This document shows positions 18,495 to 28,955 of a stretch of 64,000 bases of DNA, piece after piece. How positions within the stretch are numbered: the stretch's first letter is position 1; every line of letters begins with the position of its first letter. Location of the stretch: assembly GCA_019057815.1 (NCBI GenBank), contig JAHLWR010000014.1, positions 1 to 64,000 of the forward strand, written 5' to 3'. The DNA is from Candidatus Heimdallarchaeota archaeon. GTDB taxonomy: Archaea > Asgardarchaeota > Heimdallarchaeia > Heimdallarchaeales > Heimdallarchaeaceae. The notes under the pieces were generated by a model. The model saw nothing but the letters and a program-made list of their open reading frames with translations, was not told where the DNA came from and ran no database searches. The translations under genes were made by a program, and so were the position numbers.

Positions 18495-19991
18495 TCAAAT
18501 TAAATCTTTCATGTTATTGACGATTAATTTTACGATTTCCCATATAGTATTAACAGATTCAATATCTACAGACTCATCAGGACTATGAACGTTCTTAATT
18601 GTTGGACCGATTGATGAGACTTGTAACTCTGAATCTAATCCCATGAACAACCCACACTCTAGGCCTGCATGTATCGCTCTTAGTTTTATTTCTTTTCCAT
18701 ATACTTCTTCATATTTTTCCTTTACAAGCTTCAAAAAACTTGAATCAAGGTTAGGCTTCCACCCAGGATAAGCTTTACTTAATTCAACTGATCCTCCTAA
18801 TCCTTCACCTATTATTTTGATTTCATCTCTAGCTTGTTGAAGTTCTTCATCAACAGAGCTTCTAGTACTTACAGAAATTTCAACAAAATTTTCAGTTGTT
18901 CTCACTTTTGCTAAATTGTTTGAAGTCTGCACCAAACCTTCAATTTCTTGACTATTACTGATGGTACCATGGTAGATGTCAACTATAGCTGAAACTATTG
19001 CTTCTGAATCACTAGCAGAAAATGCTTTATTTTCCTTTACTTCAGTTAAAATAATCTTAGCATTGGGTTCCATTTCTTTCATTTGAAACTTAACGTATCT
19101 TACCCAGCTCTTCAAGTGCCTTTTAACATCTTTATAATACACTTCAGGAACTAGAAATATACATTCAAATTCTCTGGGTATTGCATTGTGCACTGATCCT
19201 CCTTTTATAGAGTTAATAAAAATAAATAAATCTGCAAATGTATCCAAATCAATTCGGAGGTTATTAAGTGCGTCAATTCCGATTTTTATTGCACTAAGTC
19301 GAGTTTTATTAATATCTATTCCAGAATGTCCTCCTTTCAACCCATTGATTTTAATCATAAAGGCTTTTGATTTTTCCTTAATCTCACCCTTCACAGGAAT
19401 TTTCAGTTCAACATCTCCTCCTCCAGCGCTTCCTATTGTAATCTCACCTAAAATCTCACTATCTAAATTAAGAAGATATTTTCCTGTGAAAAAACCTTTT
19501 TTAATATTAAAAGCACCAGTCATACCAGTTTCTTCATCTACTGTAATTAATACTTCTAATGGACCATGTTGAATTTCTTCAGACTTTAATAATGCCATTG
19601 CTATAGCTAAACCAACACCATTGTCAGCACCTAAACTTGTACCTTTAGCAGAAACTATTATACCATCAGTCTCAACTTCTAAAGGATCATTCTCAAAATC
19701 TATATCATAATCAGCTTCTTTTTGACATACCATATCCATATGTCCTTGAATTATTAAAGTGGGAAAAGTATCATAGTTTTTTGATGGATCTTTCGAGAGC
19801 AAAAGATTTCCAACATCATCCTCCTTACATTTAATATTGTTTTCCTTAGCCCATTTTTTAATCCATTTACCTATTTTTCCTTCTTTCTTTGAAGGTCTAG
19901 GAATTTGTGTCATTTCTTCAAAAAGCGTCCACACTTCCTTAGGTTCTAAATTAGATAAAATACCTTTTGACATTTTAACATCTGAATACAA
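18495..19991 (-). CDS. pepD: Aminoacyl-histidine dipeptidase (M20C)
   Basis: IPRPSKKE, QGHMDMVCQK, LGADNG, TVDEETGMTGA, LNLDSE, GGHSG, IHAGLECG, HSPDE. Confidence 0.95.
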   Translation of the reverse strand: MYSDVKMSKGILSNLEPKEVWTLFEEMTQIPRPSKKEGKIGKWIKKWAKENNIKCKEDDVGNLLLSKDPSKNYDTFPTLIIQGHMDMVCQKEADYDIDFENDPLEVETDGIIVSAKGTSLGADNGVGLAIAMALLKSEEIQHGPLEVLITVDEETGMTGAFNIKKGFFTGKYLLNLDSEILGEITIGSAGGGDVELKIPVKGEIKEKSKAFMIKINGLKGGHSGIDINKTRLSAIKIGIDALNNLRIDLDTFADLFIFINSIKGGSVHNAIPREFECIFLVPEVYYKDVKRHLKSWVRYVKFQMKEMEPNAKIILTEVKENKAFSASDSEAIVSAIVDIYHGTISNSQEIEGLVQTSNNLAKVRTTENFVEISVSTRSSVDEELQQARDEIKIIGEGLGGSVELSKAYPGWKPNLDSSFLKLVKEKYEEVYGKEIKLRAIHAGLECGLFMGLDSELQVSSIGPTIKNVHSPDESVDIESVNTIWEIVKLIVNNMKDLI

Positions 19992-20039
19992 ATAAAGAAA
20001 CAGTAACTAAAAAAGTTACTGAATAAATAAACCTTCTAA

Positions 20040-20906
20040 CTATTCATCAATTACAGGACAAACAGTAGCCATAACTGCCCCCTTGCCTACAGAATGGGCT
20101 ATTACAGGAGGTAAGTGAAGATATTGAGTAGAATTAATATTCAATAGATCTTTAATTTCTCTCTCAAGCTTTCTTTTTAAAACAGGTGCAAGTGCATCAG
20201 AAATGAAAAGATTATATTGTGTATTTGGATTTGTCTTATTTTGGATAGCTGTTTTAATTTTCTTTATTGCGCTTTTAAAACCTGTTCCTCCTCCTATACC
20301 TACAACACCTTCATCTAAGTTTATCTCAAATACTGGTTTTAGGCTGAGAGCAGATGCTATCATAGAAATTGCTACTCCTTTTTTTACTTTTCCAGTTCTG
20401 AATAATGAATTGAAATTAATCGAACATCCAGCGGTATACACCTCTTTTTTTAACTGTTCTAGAATAGCTATGATTTCTTCCACAGATTTTCCTTTATTAA
20501 GCATTTGAGATGCATTGTAAACAAGAGCACCTTCAGATGGTCCCATCAAACCAGATTGAAAAAAGGTCATTCTTATTTTGTTTTTAACGCGCTTAGCAGC
20601 TATTTTAGCTACATTAAATTGACTAGAAACGTTGGGACTCAATCCGATATAAAAAATTTCATCATATCCATCTTCAATAGCTTTTTCATAAATATCTAAA
20701 GCATTTTGGGGACTAGCCATGCTTGTTGTTGGGTAAGGATCCAGAAATTGTAATGATACAGTAAATTTTTCTCTATTCAAATCGCTCAATTCTTTGTATT
20801 CCTTATCGTCCATCAATATAACTGATTCAAGGCAATCAATATTTTCTTTTTTTAGATATTTTGCAGGCAAACAACTAGTAGAATCGGTCACTAACTTAAC
20901 TTTCAT
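20040..20906 (-). CDS. DegV/FakB fatty-acid-binding protein
   Basis: LVTDSTSCLP, PTTSMASP, LFRTGKV, LSLKPVF, AHSVG. Confidence 0.85.
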   Translation of the reverse strand: MKVKLVTDSTSCLPAKYLKKENIDCLESVILMDDKEYKELSDLNREKFTVSLQFLDPYPTTSMASPQNALDIYEKAIEDGYDEIFYIGLSPNVSSQFNVAKIAAKRVKNKIRMTFFQSGLMGPSEGALVYNASQMLNKGKSVEEIIAILEQLKKEVYTAGCSINFNSLFRTGKVKKGVAISMIASALSLKPVFEINLDEGVVGIGGGTGFKSAIKKIKTAIQNKTNPNTQYNLFISDALAPVLKRKLEREIKDLLNINSTQYLHLPPVIAHSVGKGAVMATVCPVIDE

Positions 20907-21003
20907 ATGATATCAATATATAATACTTCAAGCTTGTATTTAAAATATTACTTATGAACTAAAAATGTTCAGATATACCGATAAAATTATTATTGGAATA
21001 GAT

Positions 21004-22071
21004 TTATTTAGATACAATAAGCCTTGAAAGCTCTTTAGGGGAGATACCGGGTATATCCATCTTGTTATCATCAAAAAATTGTGTAATGAAAACTTCTATC
21101 TTCTCTTCATTAAGATTTTGTCCTATTAAATCTTGTTCTAAATTTCTTAATAGAAATGGATTATTCAAAGAAAAATCACCAGATACAACTATATCACGAA
21201 TCTTGTTTCCTTCTGAATGAATAAATAATTGCACTAAACCTCCTAAAAACTTTTTCTCTTTAAATGTGTAAAATGTACTTCCCTTAATTTTATGTCTTAT
21301 CTGTGCTGTCTTACTTCCTTGAACGTATTGTTGCCACTCTTCTGTTTTGTACATTTCCTCTATTTCAGCTATTTTCTCTTTCTCAATTTTAGTTAGTTTT
21401 CCCTTTATAAGTTTAATATTGAGTTTTTCTTGGAAGTTCTTAATAAATTCGATTATTATCTCTTCTTTTGTTGGTTGAGAGTTTAAGAAGAACTGAAAGC
21501 TTCCCATTCTTTCCTCTAAGGTTTTAGCTATTTTATCTCTAAATTTTTCTTGTGGAACTTTTAGTATTTGAGCCATCTCTTTTGAAGGAAAATTAAGTAT
21601 AAAATTACCTACTAATACTCTTGATTTATTTATTGTAACAGCTCCATTCCCACTTATTTTCTTCCCCAAGGCTATGATATCATTGATAGGGGAATATTCT
21701 GCCGGAATTTTAAAATGTCTATAAGTTTTTACAACAGGCGAAAGAAAATTTTCATAAAAATTTCCCAAGGATTCTGGATAATCATCACTTCGGCAAATAA
21801 TATTATAGAAAATCTGATTTTGATCCAGATAAACAGATCCCCCTCCACACGCTCTACGAACAATTTCCAGATTCTTAGAGCACACATATTCTTTTTCAAC
21901 AGATAGGTCTACTATCTGGTGTAAACCCACACAAACTACAGGTGTATTTGGCCAAGAAATGATTAATGTGTTTGGTAAATATTGCTCATTTTGAACAAGA
22001 GCTAATGCATGCCAGATAGATTGAGTTCGTATTCCTGGAAGTCCTTTTAAATCTAACAATCTCCAATCCAC
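21004..22071 (-). CDS. Lipoate-protein ligase A family protein
   Basis: VRRACGGGSVYLD, NDIIALGKKISGNG, C-terminal ligase domain (VVSGDF). Confidence 0.9.
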   Translation of the reverse strand: MDWRLLDLKGLPGIRTQSIWHALALVQNEQYLPNTLIISWPNTPVVCVGLHQIVDLSVEKEYVCSKNLEIVRRACGGGSVYLDQNQIFYNIICRSDDYPESLGNFYENFLSPVVKTYRHFKIPAEYSPINDIIALGKKISGNGAVTINKSRVLVGNFILNFPSKEMAQILKVPQEKFRDKIAKTLEERMGSFQFFLNSQPTKEEIIIEFIKNFQEKLNIKLIKGKLTKIEKEKIAEIEEMYKTEEWQQYVQGSKTAQIRHKIKGSTFYTFKEKKFLGGLVQLFIHSEGNKIRDIVVSGDFSLNNPFLLRNLEQDLIGQNLNEEKIEVFITQFFDDNKMDIPGISPKELSRLIVSK

Positions 22072-22108
22072 TTGCTTTACCGCCTTCTTAGAGATTAGAT
22101 AAAGAATA

Positions 22109-22801
22109 TTACTCTATCGTCGTCCATCCAGTTTCATCTGAGATGAAGAATAATATAGTTCCATCATCTTCAAGTAGTATTAGTCTATGGAAACTTGTTG
22201 ATTGTTGAACGCCTTCTATCTCGATATCTGCAAAGTAGTTGAGTGTAATTATGTATTTCATATTGAGATATGTACTTACAACATCAGATATAGTTTCATT
22301 CACATCTAGATATCCTAGTTCAGTATAATGAAAAGCATAGTGCTCATCCATAGCCAAATGTACAATAAAAGTGCCATTGTTTTGATATCCAAATAAACCA
22401 TTGTATGTATTCATGATTATTTCAGTGGATTGAACAACTAAGCTAATATTCATTTCCAAGCTAAACACATGAACCATATCGCTTAATCCTCCATATTCCT
22501 TAGTATCTACATCTTTCATGAATTCATTTTCTTCGTAGATCAACTGTGATATATTACTTATCAGAGACAATAGTTCAGTGCTTTCTAAAGAATCAAAATA
22601 AGAGGAATTTCCATTAATTTTTGAAGTTTCATTTAGATAGGTTAAGCTTGCAGTATCACCAGGAACAGTATTAATAGAAATTACACTTTGAAACTCACTA
22701 GGTGTAGGAGGAGCTGTTGTAACTGAAATTAGGATAATAGGTAGTCCTAATAAACAAAAACCTAGAATGACAACAAAAAGATTGAACCCAGAATTTGCCA
22801 T
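22109..22801 (-). CDS. Hypothetical membrane-anchored exported protein
   Basis: N-terminal TM followed by a TTAPPTP linker. No family recognised. Confidence 0.6.
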   Translation of the reverse strand: MANSGFNLFVVILGFCLLGLPIILISVTTAPPTPSEFQSVISINTVPGDTASLTYLNETSKINGNSSYFDSLESTELLSLISNISQLIYEENEFMKDVDTKEYGGLSDMVHVFSLEMNISLVVQSTEIIMNTYNGLFGYQNNGTFIVHLAMDEHYAFHYTELGYLDVNETISDVVSTYLNMKYIITLNYFADIEIEGVQQSTSFHRLILLEDDGTILFFISDETGWTTIE

Positions 22802-22987
22802 ATTACTAAGAAGGTTTTCCTCTTATAAAAAATTATTCATTTCCAAAATCTAACCTAGGTATTTGAAAGGATGAATTGGCTGATTACTAAATGACAATCC
22901 CAGATTCTGATGTTGGGATTTTCAAATTTCCTAGATAATTAGATAATAAACAAAACAAGAAAGAGAAAAAGAAAAGAAAAGAAAGAA

Positions 22988-24262
22988 CTATTTCTTGTTC
23001 TTCTTGATAAAGATATAACTTGGTAAAACTATTATGAAAACACCAATAGTGGCAACAAATAAGATGAACCCTAAATTAGTAAATAAATTCATTTCTCCCA
23101 AATATTTGGTTGTCCATTGTTCACCATCATCTGAGAAGAAGAAACCAATATCAGGATATCCGCCACCCTTTGAACTATGACCTCTCTCATAGACAACTAC
23201 TAGATTATCTTTATATGTTGTCAATAAGGATTTTTTTTCATAAAAACCGTCATGATATGTTTTTCCTAAAAAGTATTCTATCATTGTAGATTCTCTTCCA
23301 ACATCCTCTATCCACACTCCCCAAAGATGTAACTCGAAAAGCTGCACTTGTTCTATAAATGTTGAATGTTTATCTTGACCAACAATGTAGAAACCATCAT
23401 TCCAAAATACAATTGTCGGATTAAGAATGTCTGTATCTCCAATTGGTGGCTCTATGGTAGTTGCTGTAGCCAAGTTTACTCCATCTTCTAACAAATACGT
23501 AAATCTAACGTACCCCCTGTTAATGTCTGTATAAACTACATATATTCTACCTTCGTGTTCGTAAAGATCGAAATCCTGTCCCATATAGTATGCATCTTCT
23601 CTGGTGTATTTATCCGCATCTAGTTGTTCATCAGCCATTTTGAAAGGTAAACCTGTTGGATCAAATGAGACGATAGTAGAGTTTCTTTGTATTCCATCTC
23701 TAAAAGTATATACAAATGTGATGTTTCCTTTAAATGCTATAGAATCAAAACAGTAGAACGAAGTATAAGATATATCTGAAGTGAGTAAGCAAGTATAATC
23801 CAAAGTACCAAGTTCTGTTTCAGTTGAAAATTTTTGCCATGAAATACCATTATTTTCAGTGAATGTTGCAAAAATAACAAGTTTGTTTGAGGTTAGATTA
23901 CGTGCTGCTACAATTAAGTAGGTAAATGAATTAAGTGTTACTAGTGACATATTCATAACAAAATATTTATGATCAGCAATTTCGTACTCTAGTTTGGAGA
24001 TTATGACATCATCTTCTTCATATTCAGTCCTAAATTCAGTAGGAGTCTTATAAATGAGTCTAGAATAGATTTCACGATCCTTAATTATGTCTGTCTCCAT
24101 AATATCCTTTTTGTAAACTAGTAAGTATTCTTGGTTGGTTCCCTCTGTGAATGCATATCCATAATATCCATAAATCTTCAAAGCTTGAACTCCAGAAGGG
24201 ATGGAAGACAGAACTAACATAGAAATTATCATAATTAAAGGTAACTTTTTTAAGGTTTTCAT
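22988..24262 (-). CDS. Cell-surface protein with Asp-box (BNR)-like motifs, probable beta-propeller, C-terminal TM
   Basis: Signal peptide, TENNGISW and FSDDGEQW, C-terminal TM plus KKNKK. Confidence 0.6.
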   Translation of the reverse strand: MKTLKKLPLIMIISMLVLSSIPSGVQALKIYGYYGYAFTEGTNQEYLLVYKKDIMETDIIKDREIYSRLIYKTPTEFRTEYEEDDVIISKLEYEIADHKYFVMNMSLVTLNSFTYLIVAARNLTSNKLVIFATFTENNGISWQKFSTETELGTLDYTCLLTSDISYTSFYCFDSIAFKGNITFVYTFRDGIQRNSTIVSFDPTGLPFKMADEQLDADKYTREDAYYMGQDFDLYEHEGRIYVVYTDINRGYVRFTYLLEDGVNLATATTIEPPIGDTDILNPTIVFWNDGFYIVGQDKHSTFIEQVQLFELHLWGVWIEDVGRESTMIEYFLGKTYHDGFYEKKSLLTTYKDNLVVVYERGHSSKGGGYPDIGFFFSDDGEQWTTKYLGEMNLFTNLGFILFVATIGVFIIVLPSYIFIKKNKK

Positions 24263-24370
24263 GAGGTCTCTCCAGAACTTTTTCTTTTTGTTATCTTATA
24301 TTGAACTATTTATAAATTTTACCGGTTGAATCAACAAATTTATTCTGGTATTTATTAACAATTTGTAAAA

Positions 24371-24979
24371 TCAGTAACTTGAACCTTTTGCAAACTTGAC
24401 TTCGAACTGACTTAAGCACGTATTGCAGCAGAAATATCTTTTTCTAGGACCTATTACTTTACTAAAGATGTCCCCTGAAAATTCTCTTTTGCAGTAATCA
24501 CAAATAAGCTTTATTGAATTACTGTGACCAACTTGAACTAGCGAGTAATCTGGCATATATTCATCTTGAATATCGAGAATTTCAAAATCATCAATCTGTT
24601 CAGCTTTTTGAACTCTTTTTACAAAAATAGATTTCTCTTTCTCGACTAAGAAATGGGTTATAAGAACTAATTCATATGAACCAGTTACTTGAAATATCTT
24701 CTTTATAGCTGGATCTCCCCTAAATTGTTCAATTAAACTCTCTGCAGACTTTTTAGGGCATTTAACCAATATTATATTAGGTGTTCCATCACTGATTTTC
24801 TTATAATCAATTTTTAAAGTAAATTTTTTTATTATCCCTGTTGTTTTTAGTTTCTCAATTCTACTAATGACAGCAGGAACTGAAAGTTTAAGTTTTTTAG
24901 CTAAATCTGAGTATGATGTTCTTCCATCTTTCAAAAGTTCATCAAGAATAATCAAATCTTTCTTGTCAATTGGATGCAC
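24371..24979 (-). CDS. Lrp/AsnC-type regulator with TRASH domain (archaeal CopR/CopT)
   Basis: N-terminal AsnC HTH and C-terminal CDYC...YFCCNTC. Directly follows copA. Confidence 0.9.
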   Translation of the reverse strand: MHPIDKKDLIILDELLKDGRTSYSDLAKKLKLSVPAVISRIEKLKTTGIIKKFTLKIDYKKISDGTPNIILVKCPKKSAESLIEQFRGDPAIKKIFQVTGSYELVLITHFLVEKEKSIFVKRVQKAEQIDDFEILDIQDEYMPDYSLVQVGHSNSIKLICDYCKREFSGDIFSKVIGPRKRYFCCNTCLSQFEVKFAKGSSY

Positions 24980-25004
24980 ATTAATAATAACATACTTGTG
25001 TTAT

Positions 25005-27326
25005 TTATTTATTTTGAATACTCTGTTTTTTGAATGGATTTTTGTATCTTTTTAATAGTAAAGCATTGGTTATTACCGATACAGAAGACAAAGCCATAGC
25101 TAATCCTGCAATCTCAGCGGGTAATAAAAAGCCAAAAGGTAAGAATAGTATTCCTGCAGCAATAGGAATGCTCAGAGAATTATATATCAACGCCCAGAAT
25201 AATCCTGACTTAACCTTTCTTATGGTTTTCTTACTCAAATCTATAGCTGTAACAACATCTCTGAGATCATTTTTAATTAGAACAATATCTCCAGCTTCAA
25301 TTGCTACATCAGTTCCTGTACCAATTGCAATTCCAACGTCAGCTTGTGCTAAAGCAGGAGAATCATTAATTCCATCACCAACGAAAAGTACACTTAAACC
25401 TTTTTCTTGGAATTCCTTAACAAGATCTAATTTCTCTTCTGGTAAAACCTCAGCATAATACTGATCTATCCCAACCTCGTTTGATACATTTTTGACAGCA
25501 TTTTTATTATCGCCACTAACCATTACAGATTTAATCCCTTGACGTTTTAGGAGTGACATTGTTTCTTTAGCATGAGGTTTGATTGTGTCAAAGAGAGCTA
25601 TCAAACCTACAATATCTTGTTCTTTAATCACAAAAACAACCGTTTGACCTTTTATCTCTAATTCTGTTAATTGAACTTTGACATTTTCTGAGATTTTGAT
25701 ACCAAATTTAGAAACTATTTTCATGTTTCCCACGACAATTTTGTCACCATCAATATCACCTTCAATTCCCATGCCTGGAAAAGATTGAAAATTCTTAACA
25801 TACTTTAACTTGATATCACTTTCTTCAGATTTGAGAATTATGGCTTTAGAGATTGAGTGTTCAGAGTTTTTTTCAATCGAAGCTGCTAGTTGTAAAATTT
25901 CTTTTTCACTCACATCATCTGCAATTGACACAATATCTGTTACTTCAGGGGAACCTTTTGTGATAGTTCCAGTTTTGTCAAATAATACAACATCGACTTT
26001 TCGAGTCATTTCAAGAGCGTCTCCAGAACGGATTAGAATCCCATTCTCAGCACCTACTCCTGTGCCCACCATAACAGCTGTTGGTGTAGCTAAACCAAGA
26101 GCACAAGGACAAGATATAACTAAAACTGTAATCGCTGTAAGAAATGCAAATAAGAAAACAGTGTGTCCATCAGGAAGCAACGTTGTGCTTATCACTCCGA
26201 ACTTGAAAAGACTAAACCAAACACTAAAAGTAATTAGGGATAACAATACAACGGCTGGAACAAAATAAGCTGAAATTCTATCTGCGAGTTTTTGTATAGG
26301 TATTTTTGAAGTTTGTGCGTCTTCAACCATTTTAATTATTTGGTTTAAAGTAGTATTTTTCCCCACTCTTTTAGCTTCCATTTTGATATTTCCATTTTCA
26401 TTAATAGTACCACCGATCAGCTCACTTCCTTTTTCTTTAAAAACAGATATGCTTTCACCTGTAATCATAGATTCATTAACATAACTCTCTCCTTCCATTA
26501 CAATCCCATCAACTGGGATGTTTTGACCTGGATATACAACGCAAATATCATTTTCTACAACATCATCAATAGGTATTATTACTTCTTTTCCATCTCGTAT
26601 CACTTCTGCTGTTTTTGGCCTTAATTGTATAAGTTTTTTTATAGCTTCAGATGTTTTCCCTTTTGATATTTCCTCTAGATATTTTCCTAAATAGATGAAA
26701 GTTAGGAGTATTGATGATGTCTCGAAAAATACATCTCCGCTGTAAGAGGGATTGATATAGGGATATAATAATGAGAATAAACTATAAGCATATGCAGCTG
26801 TAGTCCCTAGAACTACTAAGACTTCCATAGAAGCGCTTTTACTTCGAATACTTCTCCAAGCTGCTTTATAGAATGGGTAAGCTATGATAAACTGAACAGG
26901 GGTTGAAAGAATTAGTTGCAGAAAATTGGAAAATTTCATTCCTTCAAAGATATAGAAAGTTTGTTGCCAATTTGCAAAACTAGGAAACCAGTTTCGAAAA
27001 GGTAACATATGACCCATTGCAAAAACAAAAACAGGTAAAGATAAAGCTAAGCTCCAGTAAAACCTTTTTCTCATATCAACTAATCTTTTTTTTCTCATGA
27101 AAGCAAGCTCATCTGCTTCCATAGAAGTTCTATAACCTGCAGATTCAACAACTTTTTTGATTTTTTTGTCACTTACTAAAGAAGGGTCGTAAATCAGCTT
27201 AGCATTTTCACTAATAAGATTGACTCTAGCAGTTTTCATACCTTCTAGAGATGATAACGCCTTCTGAACACGAGTTACACAAGAAGCACATGTCATTCCC
27301 TCAATTTTAATTGTTTTTTCATACAT
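25005..27326 (-). CDS. copA: Cu(I)-translocating P1B-1 ATPase
   Basis: GMTCASC HMA, CPCALGLATP, DKTGT, SEH, GDGINDSPAL, YN...MALSS. ATG at 27326 (MYEKTIK) is preferred over 27395. Confidence 0.95.
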   Translation of the reverse strand: MYEKTIKIEGMTCASCVTRVQKALSSLEGMKTARVNLISENAKLIYDPSLVSDKKIKKVVESAGYRTSMEADELAFMRKKRLVDMRKRFYWSLALSLPVFVFAMGHMLPFRNWFPSFANWQQTFYIFEGMKFSNFLQLILSTPVQFIIAYPFYKAAWRSIRSKSASMEVLVVLGTTAAYAYSLFSLLYPYINPSYSGDVFFETSSILLTFIYLGKYLEEISKGKTSEAIKKLIQLRPKTAEVIRDGKEVIIPIDDVVENDICVVYPGQNIPVDGIVMEGESYVNESMITGESISVFKEKGSELIGGTINENGNIKMEAKRVGKNTTLNQIIKMVEDAQTSKIPIQKLADRISAYFVPAVVLLSLITFSVWFSLFKFGVISTTLLPDGHTVFLFAFLTAITVLVISCPCALGLATPTAVMVGTGVGAENGILIRSGDALEMTRKVDVVLFDKTGTITKGSPEVTDIVSIADDVSEKEILQLAASIEKNSEHSISKAIILKSEESDIKLKYVKNFQSFPGMGIEGDIDGDKIVVGNMKIVSKFGIKISENVKVQLTELEIKGQTVVFVIKEQDIVGLIALFDTIKPHAKETMSLLKRQGIKSVMVSGDNKNAVKNVSNEVGIDQYYAEVLPEEKLDLVKEFQEKGLSVLFVGDGINDSPALAQADVGIAIGTGTDVAIEAGDIVLIKNDLRDVVTAIDLSKKTIRKVKSGLFWALIYNSLSIPIAAGILFLPFGFLLPAEIAGLAMALSSVSVITNALLLKRYKNPFKKQSIQNK

Positions 27327-27403
27327 TCTCTTCAAGACACATATAGTTCTTAAAATATAACAAATACACGATATAAAAATTAAAGTGTTTAACAAAAAAA
27401 GGT

Positions 27404-27625
27404 CTAAGCTGAGGTTGCTTTATATCCTTCAGCTTCAACAGCTTCAATTAGTTGAATGGTGGAAATTTTACCTTCTTTAACAACTATTTCAGCTAATCCA
27501 GATTTGTAGCTGACTTTAACGTCTTTTACGCCTTTGACAGCTTTTAGAGCTTTTTTTACAGACATTTCACAATGCGTACATGTCATTCCTTTAACTTTTA
27601 GAATTACTTCATCCATAATTATCAA
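27404..27625 (-). CDS. copZ: Copper chaperone (HMA domain)
   Basis: KGMTCTHCE...AVEAEGY. Confidence 0.9.
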   Translation of the reverse strand: MIIMDEVILKVKGMTCTHCEMSVKKALKAVKGVKDVKVSYKSGLAEIVVKEGKISTIQLIEAVEAEGYKATSA

Positions 27626-27719
27626 TTCAATATAGAATTAAGAAGATAATAATTGCGTGGTTAAAATCTTAAAGTAGTAACTAAATAAAAGAAAAACCGT
27701 TAGAAGTGTTGACATATGC

Positions 27720-27941
27720 CTATTCAACGGAATGTAAAAATGCAGACAAACCTAAGGATCTTAAAACATTTAAAATTTTATTTATGTGAATCACGTTTGT
27801 ATCTTGTTCAAAAACAGCTTGTTTTTCTTCACAGCTTATTGTAGAAACTTTTGTTCCGGCTAGGTAGTTAAAAACCAACACTATTTTCTGTTGATCAGTT
27901 TTACGAATGTTTGGTATGTCAATTCTCACATTTTGCATCAT
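27720..27941 (-). CDS. Small HMA/ferredoxin-like fold protein lacking CxxC
   Basis: Length and pattern resemble HMA (ends ILNVLRSLGL). Upstream of copZ, with no metal motif. Confidence 0.45.
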   Translation of the reverse strand: MMQNVRIDIPNIRKTDQQKIVLVFNYLAGTKVSTISCEEKQAVFEQDTNVIHINKILNVLRSLGLSAFLHSVE

Positions 27942-28039
27942 TATAAATCAACTTCTAAATTATGAAAGAATGTACTCCTTTATAAATCCTTTATAAAGGC
28001 AACAAATAAAATAAAATAAATTAATAAGAAGTGGTTAAA

Positions 28040-28207
28040 TTAGTCTTCGTAGAGTTCGAAATCCTCTTTTCCAGCACCGCACTCAGGACAAATATAGTCA
28101 TCTGGGAGATCTTCAAAAGATGTTCCAGGAGATATATCTGCTTCAGGATCTCCTAATTCAGGATCATATATATAACCACAGAGCGTACAAATCCATTTTT
28201 GAGCCAT
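28040..28207 (-). CDS. Rubredoxin
   Basis: [55 protein letters not shown] (55 aa, below the ORF-track cutoff). Confidence 0.97.
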   Translation of the reverse strand: MAQKWICTLCGYIYDPELGDPEADISPGTSFEDLPDDYICPECGAGKEDFELYED

Positions 28208-28239
28208 TTGTTATCCTCTTTACCTATTGGTATAATTCA

Positions 28240-28611
28240 CCACTTATCAGTCTTTTAAAAAGTTTCCTTCCCAATCCAGTATTCCAAGATAATGCAAAAT
28301 CTCTTTCTATTCTCTGTAAATATATGTTATCTCTAAATTCAACAAAAGAGATTAGAGATTCAGAGAAAGACTATATTGAATATTTGGATAATCAAATTAT
28401 TAATGCTTTGGTTTTTGAACAATATTTCAAAGATATTCTGAATACTAAATTGTTAGAAATAATTACTCCATACTTGATTGATATAAATTGTATAAAACAT
28501 GAAGATGAAAAACTAGTTTCTTTACAAACTACTATGACAAAAATGCAGAGTAACTCTAGTATAAAAAACGAAATAAAAGGAATTCAAAGTCGTTTTCCTC
28601 TGAGTTCATAA
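28240..28611 (+). pseudogene. Probable C-terminal remnant of a type IIG (Eco57I-like) restriction-modification enzyme
   Basis: LCKYMLSLN...IEYLDNQIINALVFEQYFKD resembles the 'IDxLVYELY' tail of type IIG enzymes. The ORF's 5' part is merely antisense to rubredoxin. Start is approximate. Confidence 0.45.
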
Positions 28612-28730
28612 AACTTGTTTTTCTCTTATTTACTATTTTTTACCAATTCTTCGTGTATTGCTTTAATGTGAAGAACAATCTTTTTTCCTTTTTTATCTTC
28701 AGATGATTAGAGGATGAACTTACCAAACTA

Positions 28731-28955
28731 CTATGTAAGAAAATAATTAACCAAAGTTGTTTGTTTATTGGTTTTGAGTTCGTTTTGCAATTGATCGATA
28801 AACCACTTTTTGAGTTTCATAGTCTTAGGTTCAACAACACTCTTAGGAATCCAGACGGGGTCATCTGTTAATTTAAAAATGGTGGCAAAATAAGCTTTCT
28901 CAGTTTCTGTTTGTATCATTCCTAATTGAAAATCGGTTTAAAGAGTAGAAACCAT
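28731..28955 (-). CDS. Small protein (ETEKA...WIPKS) with C-terminal PIP-box-like motif; possibly interrupted by TAA at codon 6
   Basis: ORF 28731-28919. An upstream in-frame ATG at 28955 gives MVSTL*TDFQLGMIQTETEKA. The C-terminus is QTTLVNYF. Confidence 0.5.

Noticed and set aside
22860-22925. C/D-box sRNA (ATGA...CTGA...ATGA...CTGA)
   Set aside because: No proper RUGAUGA C box and the first guide would be only about 5 nt. The AATCCCA/TGGGATT hairpin may be just a terminator-like stem.
28120-28239. 5' part of the 163-aa + strand ORF as real coding sequence
   Set aside because: It overlaps, antisense, a clear rubredoxin gene (28040-28207) and its upstream region.
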